Below, piece by piece: positions 1 to 11,322 of a stretch of 64,000 bases of DNA. The notes under the pieces are model-generated. The model was not told where the DNA came from and made no database searches. It saw only the letters and a list, made by a program, of their open reading frames with translations. The stretch is taken from positions 108,562,001 to 108,626,000 of the forward strand of contig OZ024741.1 of the NCBI GenBank assembly GCA_964016885.1. The letters are read 5' to 3'. Every line of letters starts with the position of its first letter. The first letter of the stretch is position 1. A program made the translations under genes and the position numbers. This DNA is from Eledone cirrhosa (lineage: Eukaryota).

Positions 1-227
1 ACTCCTTATATTTGGCAAATATCATGTAAATAGAAAGTAATTTCTGTAACATCATAGATGCATTATATTCTTTATCTTGGTATTGCGTACTTTTCCTGGA
101 GTTCGTAAAATCAAAGAGACACAAATACACACACATACACACACACACTCTCTCTCTCTCTCTCTCTCTCTCTCATACACAAACACACTATTGAACACAC
201 ACTCACAGAAACACACAGAAACACACT

Positions 228-2530
228 TCTGGGTGAGTGCAAACGCCTTGGCCGTCACCTCGTTCCAGTTCTTCTCCACCTGGAGGTCCGCACCAAACCA
301 GACCCCGAGCAGCTTTACCGGACCTTCCGTCCAACGTCCGACGACGCCATCGGAAGGCATCGGTTTGCCTCTCCACGATCCGAGTTGCAAACCGATGGAC
401 TTGTCCCGGTTCAGATTCGCTCCTGTGAACCTTTCGTATTCCTTCAGTAAGGTGCCGACTTCCTCTATTTGCGAGGCACTCGACACCATTACTGTCACGC
501 CGTCGGTGGAGGCCGACGCCGCTTTCCGCAGTCCCGGTTCCAGAGGATGCCCTGCAATAGATCCAACTTCCGCAGTAGTGGCTCGAGAGTCAGTACGTAG
601 AGAAGGGAGGAGAGAGGGCATCCCTGTCGAATGGATCGCGTGATATGGAACGGCTCCGAAAAGTTGCCGTTCACCTTGACCCTTGAGCAGCCCCTGAACA
701 CGGGTCCGAAACCTGCCGCCTCGAGCACAGCATCCAGGTAACGATGGTCAACCCTATCGAAAGCCTTAGACTGATACAAGTTGATCAGGGCCCCACCGAA
801 GCCGGGTTTACACCCTACCCTCTCTATGATATATCGCATGAGGTGGAGGTTGTCGTGTATGGACCTGGTCGGGATTCCGCATGTCTGCGCTTCTCCCACC
901 AGGTTTTCGACGACAAGCGCCAGCCTCTTTGCCAACACATTGGCCAAAATCTGTAACTCTGTGTTTAGCAGAGTTATGGGCCGGAAGTTGCCTATGTCAT
1001 CCCCCTTATTCTCGTCCTTCCTGACTAGTGTGATTACGCCCCCGGTCACAGAACTGGGAATTCTCCCGTTCTGTTGCCAGTTGCCGTAGACCGGTTCCAA
1101 GAGACCGGAGAATGAGTCCGGCATTGCTACGTTAAATTCGTAGGGTAGACCGTCGAGACCTGGAGATTTACGTTTGCCGCATTGGCTCAGCGCGTCCCCT
1201 ATCTTAGCGGCCGAAATCGGCTTTTCGCAATACTTTGCCTCGCTGTCCGAGATTCGCGGTAGGCCGTCGAGGTATGGACCAAAATCCATAGCCCCTCCCG
1301 GCGCGCCGTCCTGCCCGAACAGTTGAGCAAAGTGCCGCTGAAAGGCCGCACACATCTCCTTAGGCCTACGTATCACACGTCCGTTTTGGTCCTTCAAAGA
1401 CCGAATCGTGGACTTGTTGCCACTTTTTGCCTCCGTCACTCGGGCCCAGCTAACAGCTTGGGCTCCCTCGTTTCCCAGAGCACGTATTTTGCTTCTGACA
1501 ACGCAGCCCTCGTGCTTTGCGTCGAAGAACTGGTCCAAGGCCGTTCTCGTTGCTAGCACGCTGGCTACGTTGCCACTTCTAATTGCCTCTTCTACTTTAT
1601 CTACCAGTTCCTTCTCGGTTATATTTCTATCTAACGCTAATTCTTTACTAAACACTAATGAGTCTAATCTAACTGCCCTCTTGAGAGAGTACCACCATCT
1701 GTTGTTGACAATGTCCCCTGTCAAGTGCTGTTTAACTAAAGTGCTAATCCGTCTACTGTAGGCTTTGCATGTCGGTAACGACAAGTTCAGCTTCCAGTAG
1801 CCGGGTCCTTGTCTATGGCTTCTATCAAGGTTGACCATGCAGGTCACTAGTTTGTGATCTGAATAGGCAACCATGAACATTTGTGGACAGCTTAACATGT
1901 CCCTATCCTTCTTTCTAACTAGAACCCTATCTAGGTACGATCTAGATGTTCCGCTGAGATTAGTCCACGCCCACAATGGAACAGTCGGAAAATCTAGTCG
2001 ATATCTATCGGCCAGGTCAAATCGGCCGATTAACTGTTTGAGGCTGTTACACCCCCTTTATCGAGACATGCTCCCACATACTCTCAACGTGTATCTAGGA
2101 ATCCATTCCAGTCTCCCACTAAAAGCATGGAGCGGGACGTTCCCAGAAAAGTCTCCCGACGTTTGAAGAAGTCTGGCCGCGGTGTCCCGGATGGGGCATA
2201 TGTGGCCACCGCCTGAAGGCTCCACCTTCACTACCGTCAACGTCTAGGACCACCAGTCGACCCTCCGGGTCCAGATGTATCGTCTGTGTTACCAGGCCCA
2301 GGTGTTTCCGCAGCAAAACGGCAACCCCGCCCCCACCCTCCCGGCCGACAGAGAGATGTGTAGATCTCAAAGTCATCGAAGATGGGGGCCAGCTGTCGCT
2401 CGCTGTGGATTCTGTACTCGCAAATGGCTACTACATCCATACCGTGCGACTTGATGTCGGTTGAGAGTTTGCCCTGTTTCCAGGGCATGCCCAGGCCGCG
2501 TACATTCACACATCCAACTCTTATATTGGC
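228..2530 (-). pseudogene. L1/Tx1 ORF2 (APE endonuclease + reverse transcriptase), broken by frameshifts
   Basis: ORFs 2237-2509, 2119-2376, 495-1976 and 52-621 tile APE then RT; homology ends at the CA/CT microsatellite near 228. Confidence 0.85.
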
Positions 2531-2608
2531 TATGTTGGTTCTGAAAAGTTAAAAGAGGAGAAGAAAACACTCACCTCTTCGTCTCCCGGGGATTAGGCCG
2601 CACGGTTT

Positions 2609-4269
2609 CTATGGGGGTGTTAGAGGGGTTGTCTGGGTGGGGGTGGTTTCCGGCAGGGTGGGGACGGAGATGTTTGGTGGGGTTAGGGTGGGGAAACTTT
2701 TTAAAAGGACGCGGTCAATGGGTTTAACACCAGGATTACCCACGTCCTTAGGAAAGTTTTCCTTTAAAGATTTATAGGTGTCCGTAGGGACCCTAATCAT
2801 CTTTAAATTAGTTTTCCCTTCCGTTTTCACCGAAGGGTCGTTGGAGATGACCTCCATTAAAGTTTTGTTTTTACTGTTTATGTATGTGTAATGTTCTTGT
2901 TGTGTTGCGGTGGTTTTTGTCTGTTGTTCTTGTGGGAGCTTTCGTTTTGTTGTAGGTGTTTGTGTTTGGAGTGATGTCGTGGTTTTGTATTCGGGACGGG
3001 GTTTTTTTGTTTACAATGTTTGTGTTGTTTGTGTTGGTGGTTGTATGTTTGTAGTGATGTTTGTTGTTTTTTTGTTCTTGTGGTGTCTTTTCTTCTTTCT
3101 TTTCGAACGGAGAAGCTCTCCCTCATCATCACTTGGTGATGATGTGGGGGCCTCGTCCGTTGTGGTGTCTGTGTTATTTGGAAGGGGTATGTTTTGGGGA
3201 GCTGTTGTGTTTGTGGGTGTTTTTGCAGTGGTTTTAGGTGGAGTGGGCTGGGTGGGACTGTGCTTGCATGTTGGTTTGTTGTTCTTGCTTTGGTTGTGTT
3301 TGCGTGTTGTTGTTGTTGTGGTGGTGGTGGTGGCGGTGGTGGTGGTGGTGGTGTTGGTGGTTGTGTTGTTGTTTTGGGTGTTGGCAGTAGTGACTCTTTT
3401 TTGTTTTTAGTTAACTGAGGACGGTAAGCCTTCAGGTGGCCACTACTTAAACAGTGGTAACAGGAAGGCCGCCTATCCTCAACAGAAATGTTTATGTGTG
3501 AAATTACATCCAGAGGCACACGTTGGGGTATTTTAGCTATCCGTTCTGTCCTCATTTGGACCAGAACTTCCATGCTTGTACCATTGAATGTGCCTCTGGA
3601 GGACTTTCCCACCGAAATGATGGTGTCTTCGTCGAAATCGATGAAGCCAGTTAGAATCCACCAGACGTTTACATTTGGTGCAATGTTCAACATTTTTATT
3701 TTCTGTGTTCTTTTTCCCATATATGTGGGGGAAAGGTCTAAAGGGGGGAGACAATAGGCGATACAGAATATTTTTGTGCTGTCAATTGGTCTTTCAACAA
3801 CACCGAAATGCTTCCAAAAAGTTTCCCTTTTTGGATGAAGGCAATATCCTTCATGGAATTCTTCAGAACCAGTTCAATATTGTTTTGGGATAATTGAACT
3901 TTTTTTTTTCGACACATTTGAAACCGTCCTAACCATTACTGTTTTTAGAACAGTTTCTCTGCGTAACTATTGAGGAGAAGTGATGCTGAAAGTACCACTC
4001 TCACCAAAAGTTACGTACTGTTTTGCATCACTTAACATTTCCCTAGCATTGGAAATGTCAAAGTATGTGAACAGTTCCGTCTTTTGGACGGTTTGAGCAA
4101 AGGAAATCTTTTCCTTGTTCGTGGAGTTGTTCGTGTTGCTGTTGTTGTTGGTGGTGTTGTTGTTATCATTGTTGCTGTTGTTGTTGTTATCATTGTTGCT
4201 GCTGGATAGAGTGATAGAGAGAGGGGGAGGATTTAAAACTGCAAATCTTTTAAAATTGTAACACAACAC
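2609..4269 (-). pseudogene. L1/Tx1 ORF1 (gag-like with degenerate CCHC knuckle and N/P/Q/T-rich tracts), disrupted
   Basis: ORFs 3967-4269 (SFAQTV motif), 2878-3720 (CxxCxxxGH) and 2609-2857 lie directly upstream of ORF2. Confidence 0.7.
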
Positions 4270-4646
4270 AGTTCTGATTATCCTGATGACCCGTCTGAAC
4301 TATCGGAACCGTGAAACCATTCCCAGTTTTATTTTAATCTGTTTCTTCACCTCGTTTGTATCCTTTCTGTGTCAATTCTCCAATCTATTTCTTTTACTCC
4401 TTTGAAATAGCTCATTCAATTTCATTACGTTGTTATTTTTCTTCTCATTCCTTTCATTAAATTCTTTCTTTTTGCTTGGCTTCATTGATTTTTTAACTTT
4501 TTTGTTTCTTCTCCAGATTTACATAACATTTACATAAGAAAGCAACAATTTAGATATGTCTCTAAAGACCCATACCTTAGACTTTATATAAATAATCATT
4601 TTTTTTTTTTTTCATTATTTATTTTTTCCATTATTTCTTCTTTCAG

Positions 4647-4701
4647 ACAAGCCAGAGGCGCTCGGAAAGTACAAAATCCTCAAAAACGTAAAAAGGAATA
4701 T
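4647..4701 (+). CDS. Candidate 55-nt internal coding exon of the Polycomb/CBX gene (xQARGARKVQNPQKRKKEY)
   Basis: Strong acceptor (ttatttcttctttcag) and donor (gtaagt); open basic peptide; ends in phase 0, compatible with the exon at 18701. The link to that exon is inferred. Confidence 0.55.
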
Positions 4702-5294
4702 GTAAGTATTGATTTGTTGACTTTAACTATTTCTACATAAATGTAACATGTGTTATTAGGTGTTTTTTTAAATATTATTGATGCCCCGCTGGTTAAGTAT
4801 TGACTGATAGTTTCTCGTTTACGTTAGGTCTAGAAATATTGTATAGAAATATCAGGATACTTGTTAGGGTATTAGTCATTGTTGCAACTATTTGATTTCG
4901 TTTCTTCTTATTTTTTCTCTCTCCCAAGAGTCATAAATATATAAAGAATATTTATAGACAAATCGTTCTGAACATAGTTATATATTTATGAAATTTTGAA
5001 CATCTAAACAGTTATTCAATATATTATAACATTTGCTTCTTAAATAATATATGTATATATAATATATATATATATATGCCCATATGTGTGTGAGTGTGTG
5101 TGTACCTATCTGTTTCTCTGTGCAAATATATACACACATGTGCATATATATATATATATATAATATGGAAAACGAAGAATCAGTGATGCATCGAAACAAT
5201 TTATTAACGTATTACAATTGCTTCTGAAGGGGCATATAGTGCTCAACTGTCATACCGCCTAGGGACGCATCCAAGCAACCTTACTACAAATATA

Positions 5295-5333
<39 letters not shown>

Positions 5334-5973
5334 CTAATATCTGTGTGTGTCTGTGTGCGTGTGTGATTACCATTTGCTCCTTAATCATTCAGCAAAACAT
5401 CTAGACATTCTATCATTACCATTCACAGACCTTCACGTTTAAACTCGCTTTACGTGAGGTCTTCATCGAATTTAAAGAACATAAATGTTTCCATGTCTTT
5501 CATTCGTTCATCCATCTGTTTTATGTACAAGTATACTGTCAGCAATAACTATTTACAGTCTTTTTGAACATCATAACAATTATTTAGATGTTTGATTTTT
5601 GTCTGCTTTTGCCTTGTGGTACTTTTTATTTTTATATTACCATTATTGTATACATACATATATAAATAACATACATATAGAAAAATTGTTATAAGTTTTG
5701 AGATATCTTATATGCAAAACTGTTGCTTTGTGCAAAAACAACGATTTTGGACGTTTAGTCTATCGCATAACATATGCCGGATTATGAAAAAAACAACAAA
5801 AAAAACAAAACAACGAGAAGTGTTGAACAGACAATCGTGTGAATATGAAACAGTGCTCAACATATGCCAAAATGAAAAGTAATGGTTAGCTGGAAACTTC
5901 CAAATGGATATTTACAACATTGATCATCAGAAACTGTACTTGTAGTTACATTATCAAATACAAATATAATATG

Positions 5974-6041
<68 letters not shown>

Positions 6042-6789
6042 AAAATGGTGACATCATCACAACAGCAAAAGTAAAAAATCTACATCCAATAAGAAAAATG
6101 AGATAGATCTGAATATAGTTCTAAAAACTGACAATGGACCTTCCAAACCCTGTAATATTGTCGCCATAAAAAGAATTACAGGAAAGAACTTCTATAAAGT
6201 AGTCAAAAATAAATTGACGTATTACAAAATGGATTATTTGTAATCGAAATATGACAACAACAACACTAAAGCCTGTCAGAGGAACCTAAATACATTAATT
6301 TGAAGACTTTACACGGATCTAAACCAGAAAATACGAGTACAAAATGGTCAATGAGCGGATTACAAAGCTATAATGGAATATGCAATGTTTGACATACCTT
6401 GGGAAATTATAACAATTTACTTAGGAGATATTTTACTGTTTTATTATGAGATATATATGGAATACAACTGAGTTGTATATAAACTATTTCGTAACGGATG
6501 TATATTAATGGAAATGTGTCCAATATTAAATCTACGGATTTGAAATAATTCGCTTATTCATTCAATTCTCATTCGTCCAGATTTATTGGATTTACATTGT
6601 TAGAACATTCCAGAATCAAAGTAAAAACTTATTCTAATACCTGGATTATATTCTGCATTTTATGGAACAAATATTGTGATATATAAGTTGTAGATAGCTT
6701 TGCGTCCAAGTTGTTATGAATTATTTGCTATGAACCAGCTTCTCCGTAGTATACTGATATACTGAATCTAAATCTAAGTATTGCCCTGC

Positions 6790-7020
6790 CGAGCGTTAGA
6801 CAGACAGATGAACATTTTCAAATACTGGAACTTGACCAACCGATTATTTCATACCGGTTGCTGCCGAGACCTCTGGTATCCTCAGTTTCTGGCCTGTCCT
6901 ATTCTCCTTAAAATCAGCATCATTGTCTCCTCGCTATGGAAGGAGCCCTGTTACGTAAAAGGGTAGTTGCTTCGGATATCTGCGGCTGACCTTCGATGCA
7001 ATTTTTTCGCCATCTTGTTC
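6790..7020 (+). mobile_element. Degenerate C-terminal fragment of an RLE-type (CRE-like) non-LTR retrotransposon
   Basis: Translates across frames as KYWNL..DYFIPVAAETSG...LLRISAADLRCN, resembling the FxPxAxETxG...RISxAxQRGN motif. Confidence 0.5.
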
Positions 7021-7559
7021 GCTTTCTCTTTATCGTTTATTTAGATATTTTTCTCCCTCTCTGTTAATTATTTTGAGCCTAAAAGTAAATAGTATTTTTT
7101 CAAAGGCTTAAAATATAAAGTATATGTCATTGATGTTGTTGTTGCTGTTGTTTTGCAAGACTGTATCAGCCTTGATTGATCTGTCCTATCATGTGTTAGT
7201 CGGCCAAAACGACGAGATATGACCCCAATTTCCTACTTCAAACCATGTCTCTGCTTAGTAGAGAAGTAAAATATACTCTCACGTCTGGTCATTTTCACAC
7301 TCCCCACTGTCCAGTCATTTTCTGTATCCTCATATATTCGGGTGCTTGTTGTTACACTTCTGCACATATAGTGCTCTGCTGATTTCTCTCTGTCCTTATT
7401 ACTGAGAGTTGGAGACCATGGATAATATCACCAATGCTCATGTACATGATTCACCTCGGGATGGGTCCTGAATCTTTGTATGTTGTACTTTTGTACGTTG
7501 ACGTGTCCTGAATCTTTGTACGACCATTACTCGGGAGCTGACTGCCGAGCCGCAACTCA

Positions 7560-7880
7560 TCTGCCTTCATCACAAGACTTCTACCCCTGTTTTGAAATCA
7601 GAATGATCATTCTAGCCACACTGACAACCCAGGCTAACCAGTTCAGTCTACTCGTTCCTTTTTACACGCTAGTGGATGGCTGTTGTCTCTCCTGAGTTCG
7701 TTTGTATTTTGATGGGTTTTATTTTTCATCCTACAGAATGTCCAGAAGTCAATCGCCTCACTAAGCAAGTTTGGTAGAGTTGCCGGTTTATTCACCGAGG
7801 TCCTTACAATGTGAGTGGTTGTACTAGGTTGCATGTTACCAGTATCACTCGAGGGCGACCGGATTACATATATACATACA
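7560..7880 (+). mobile_element. Non-autonomous (ACAT)n-tailed retroelement copy
   Basis: 3' part (ctcactaagcaagtttgg...gtactaggttgcatgttaccagta) aligns by eye with 52995-53100 and 23197-23290; ends in an acatat/acatac tail. Confidence 0.5.
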
Positions 7881-9173
7881 GTTCCTGTTATATATCCCAT
7901 TATGTTGTTTAGCTATCGGTGAGGGTATTGAGGTTAGCGTACACTCTACCACAGTATTTAGAGGCCAGTGAGTTTATTGGTTTTACAGCTATTTCTGTAC
8001 ATATGTGCATGTATTTTGTTTAATTTGTCTGGGCTGCGTGTGAGAGACAGTGATTTTAAAGGTGTTTTAGTTGAGCTCTGGGGTGTTGTATAAGTGTCTG
8101 CATGTTTGAAAGTTAGTTTTTCTTTATGCGGTGACAGGGACTCTGGTGTTCGAAGTTGGCTGTGGAAAAAATATGTGCTGCTCTCAAGTTCAGGTAGCCT
8201 TTCATTTTTTAGTATGTTCCTTACGTTGTGTTTGTGTTTTGTGGCTGTTGTTTGTGTAAATCAAGTTATGATGCGTAGTGCACTGTTTTGTACACTTTAT
8301 AAGGTATTGTATTTTGTTTAAAATATATAGCTGACTGAAATAAGAATGACATAGTCCATAATGGATCTATTGTTTAGTTTGTACATTATTGTTCTCGTTT
8401 CTTTTTGTTTGTCATATGTGGCTGTTAAATGTATTTGTTGTATGTTTCAGAGTCGTTCTACTTTTTTTACACGGACTTATGTAATGTGAGTGTTGTGGAA
8501 ATTTTGTATGTAAATACTAGTATTTATATTACCTGTGTGTTTGTGTGTTATGTTTATAACGTTGAACGTGATGGATGGTTGCATTTGATGTTCTCCGGAA
8601 TTGTTGGTAAGAATGAAGATAGCATATTAGGCATGTAGTAAATTATATCTATTGTTGTGGGGCAAGATTTCTAGCTGATTTAATTAGGGTTGGAGCAGTT
8701 GTGAGCTATGATTGAAGAATATAGGGATGTCTGCGCATGAAGATGTCTGTGTGTGTTTCATGAAGGTGTTGCAAGGTCGTGTAAGTATAGGTTGTGCCGA
8801 AATTTTCTCTAGTGGTAACTTGGTACATTCGGTGACAGACTCAGATGTAGTTGCTGAACAAACTGATGATCCCATGCTCATGATTTATCGGTAGCTTTCC
8901 AGTAGGTTTGTTGTTAAAACTATATCGGTGGAGACTTCTGGCGTTCTTACTTCACGTAACTAAAGTTATCCCCCCCCCCACGCCTGCACACACATACGCA
9001 TGAGAGAACTCCGCTAGTGGGAATGGCTATCCTCTTGTGTAAAACTTTCTCCATTCTGTCCACTGGGGACCGTGAGATTGCTTGCACCTTGTGTTCTACC
9101 CACGAGAAAGCGTTCTTTCACGCTGCTTGGACTTGTAGCGATGGTATATTTTACTAGTATATATGATATTTCT

Positions 9174-9207
<34 letters not shown>

Positions 9208-9616
9208 TGTGTTGAAAAGTGTTGAAATAACGGATCAATGTTACATTCTTGTGTAAGACTGTACAAAATAGAAGTGTGTTTTTATATAATAATACTCATA
9301 TCTAATGGCTTGATATGTAGTTTACATGATGGCGATTAGTGTTTTCCCTTGAAATTGCGTTGGATTATTTTGGGAAATGGTGGGAAATGGCGGCGAAAGA
9401 TTTGCTGCTATTTGTGTTAGGTGGAATGTTAAACGTGGGAGGTTCTTTTTCTGCCTACACCAGCATGTTTTTTTCTGTTTTAAGTTCGTGAGTATTATAG
9501 TCGTTGAGTGTAGTGGAATGAATCCATGGTGAGATTAGAGATGAGGAAATGTAGGTTAGATTTTGAAGAATCTTATATGATGGGCATAAGAGAGGTGGTA
9601 TGTCTGAATGATATTC

Positions 9617-9980
9617 TTGTGCCTAAAGTAGAAACAATTATTTCTCTTGCTTTTCGGTGGATTGGCAGTATCGGTAGAAGATCGGACGCCATGCTTTGAC
9701 GCATTGAGTTACGGCCCTTGCCATTCTGAGTTCAAATCCCGCCGGGGTTAACTTTGCCTTTCATCCTTACGGGGTCGATAAAATAAAGTACCAGTAATGC
9801 ACTGGGTAATTGCTGGCCTTGTGCCAAAAGTAGAAACAATTATTTCTCTTGCCTTTCATCCTTACGAGATCGATAAAATAAAGCACCAGTAACGTACTGA
9901 GGTCGATTTAATCGACCCCCCCCCCAAAAAAAAAAGCATTACTGGCCTGGTGCCTATAATAGAAATCATTATTTCTCTTG
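9617..9980 (+). mobile_element. tRNA-derived SINE cluster (tail fragment + full copy 9655-9851 + 3' half copy)
   Basis: A-box tggcagtatcgg, B-box gttcaaatc, conserved body gcctttcatccttacggggtcgataaaataaagtacca; the tail agaaa(c/t)(a/c)attatttctcttg occurs three times. Confidence 0.85.
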
Positions 9981-10016
9981 AGACGGCGTTGGGATTTAGA
10001 ATTGTAATATTGCATA

Positions 10017-10170
10017 TGGCATATTAGCAAAATCGTTAGACGTCAGTTAGAATGATTGGCGTATATCTTCCGATACTCACAGTTCAGAGTTCGAAATTCA
10101 CCGGGGTACACAGTGCTTTTCTTCAATTCAAGGTTGATAAAACGAAATCCTGACTAGTACTGAAGGTCCA
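10017..10170 (+). mobile_element. Old degenerate SINE of the same superfamily
   Basis: tagcaaaatcgttag...gagttcgaaatt...gttgataaaa pattern. Confidence 0.5.
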
Positions 10171-10389
10171 TTCATCAGCTATATTTCATTCTCACGTGTT
10201 CTCTCCCTCTCCCATTCTCATTTCCCTTCTATCATTCTCCCTCTCTCTTTTCGTCTCTGGGGGAAATAGGCTGTGTTCAGACCTGGAAAGACAATGAGGC
10301 TTCGCCAGGTTTAGTTAATTCCAATGACACGCTGTATGTCACTACGGCGCCCATACGACACCATTTCGTATTAGGAATCCATACACATA

Positions 10390-10572
10390 TGGCAGTATCG
10401 GTTGAAGGTCGGTCGCCATGCTTTGAAGCATAGAGTTACTGCCCTTTACGGTCTAAGTTCAAATCACGCCGAGGTTAACTTTGCCTTTTATATTTACAGG
10501 GTCGATAAAATAAAGCACCAGTAATCACTGGGATAATTGCTGGCCTTGTGTCAGCAGTAGAAACAGTTATTA
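10390..10572 (+). mobile_element. tRNA-derived SINE
   Basis: High similarity to 9663-9842. Confidence 0.85.
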
Positions 10573-10740
10573 CTATAAAGAACCAACTTAAACCAACGTA
10601 GTTTACTTTCATATCAAGCATACGCTTATTTTACGTTAATACTGTGTATACACTGAAACATATATACAAATGGATATGCATGCATACACACATACGTGTA
10701 GAATGCAGCGTGTTATAGAAGACTATAGTAGAGAGAGAGA

Positions 10741-10793
<53 letters not shown>

Positions 10794-11322
10794 GATGGAA
10801 GAGTGAGAGAGAGAGAGAGAGAGGGATAATAGTTTCATTATGGAGAAATGCTGATATTTTTATCCTCACGCACAAAGACACACACATATATATAATTATG
10901 TCCATATATATATATAAATATGTGTGTGTGTTTGTAAATATATTAGGCAGGTAATCAGAAGAGTATATTGACCAGTTATACACAGGGTGATGGCTTAGTG
11001 TTTCGTATCGTGTGGATTATAAACCCCGCGGTATTGAGTAAGCATGTCATTTGAAACACTGGGAACCGTGGGAAAAATTCGTTTACATAAAAACGATCCT
11101 TATTGTTACAAATGTTAGAAAACACTGGTGTAATATATAGTATTTGTATTAATGATATAATCCCTAAGGTATGTGTGTTTGTCTATACAAATACATACAT
11201 ATACACACACATACACACACATGTATATATATATATGTACACACACACACACACACACACACACTACACACATATATATATATATATATACATATATATT
11301 AGAAAGAGGTTTTTTTTACAAA

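Larger units (their letters stand above)
228..4300 (-). mobile_element. L1/Tx1-clade non-LTR retrotransposon (ORF1 + APE-RT ORF2), frameshifted, 3'-truncated
   Basis: Minus-strand ORF pieces in the correct order: ORF1 with zinc knuckle CYHCLSSGHLKAY (2878-3720); APE motifs NVRGL, GGGVAVL, YLDRVL, SDH; RT motifs KSPGLDG, NFRPITLLN, SKAFDRVDH, RQGCPLS, KLLGVWF. GC-rich relative to flanks; 5' boundary approximate. Confidence 0.9.

Noticed and set aside
4283-4325. Hammerhead-like CTGATGA...GAAA near the L1 5' end
   Set aside because: No closing stem II pair and no convincing stem I.
9655-9745. tRNA genes
   Set aside because: The A/B boxes belong to multi-copy SINE heads; no cloverleaf.
11050-11100. 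Chromodomain exon (WEP motif)
   Set aside because: Reads KHWEPWEKF, not NTWEPEENI, and has no clear splice sites.
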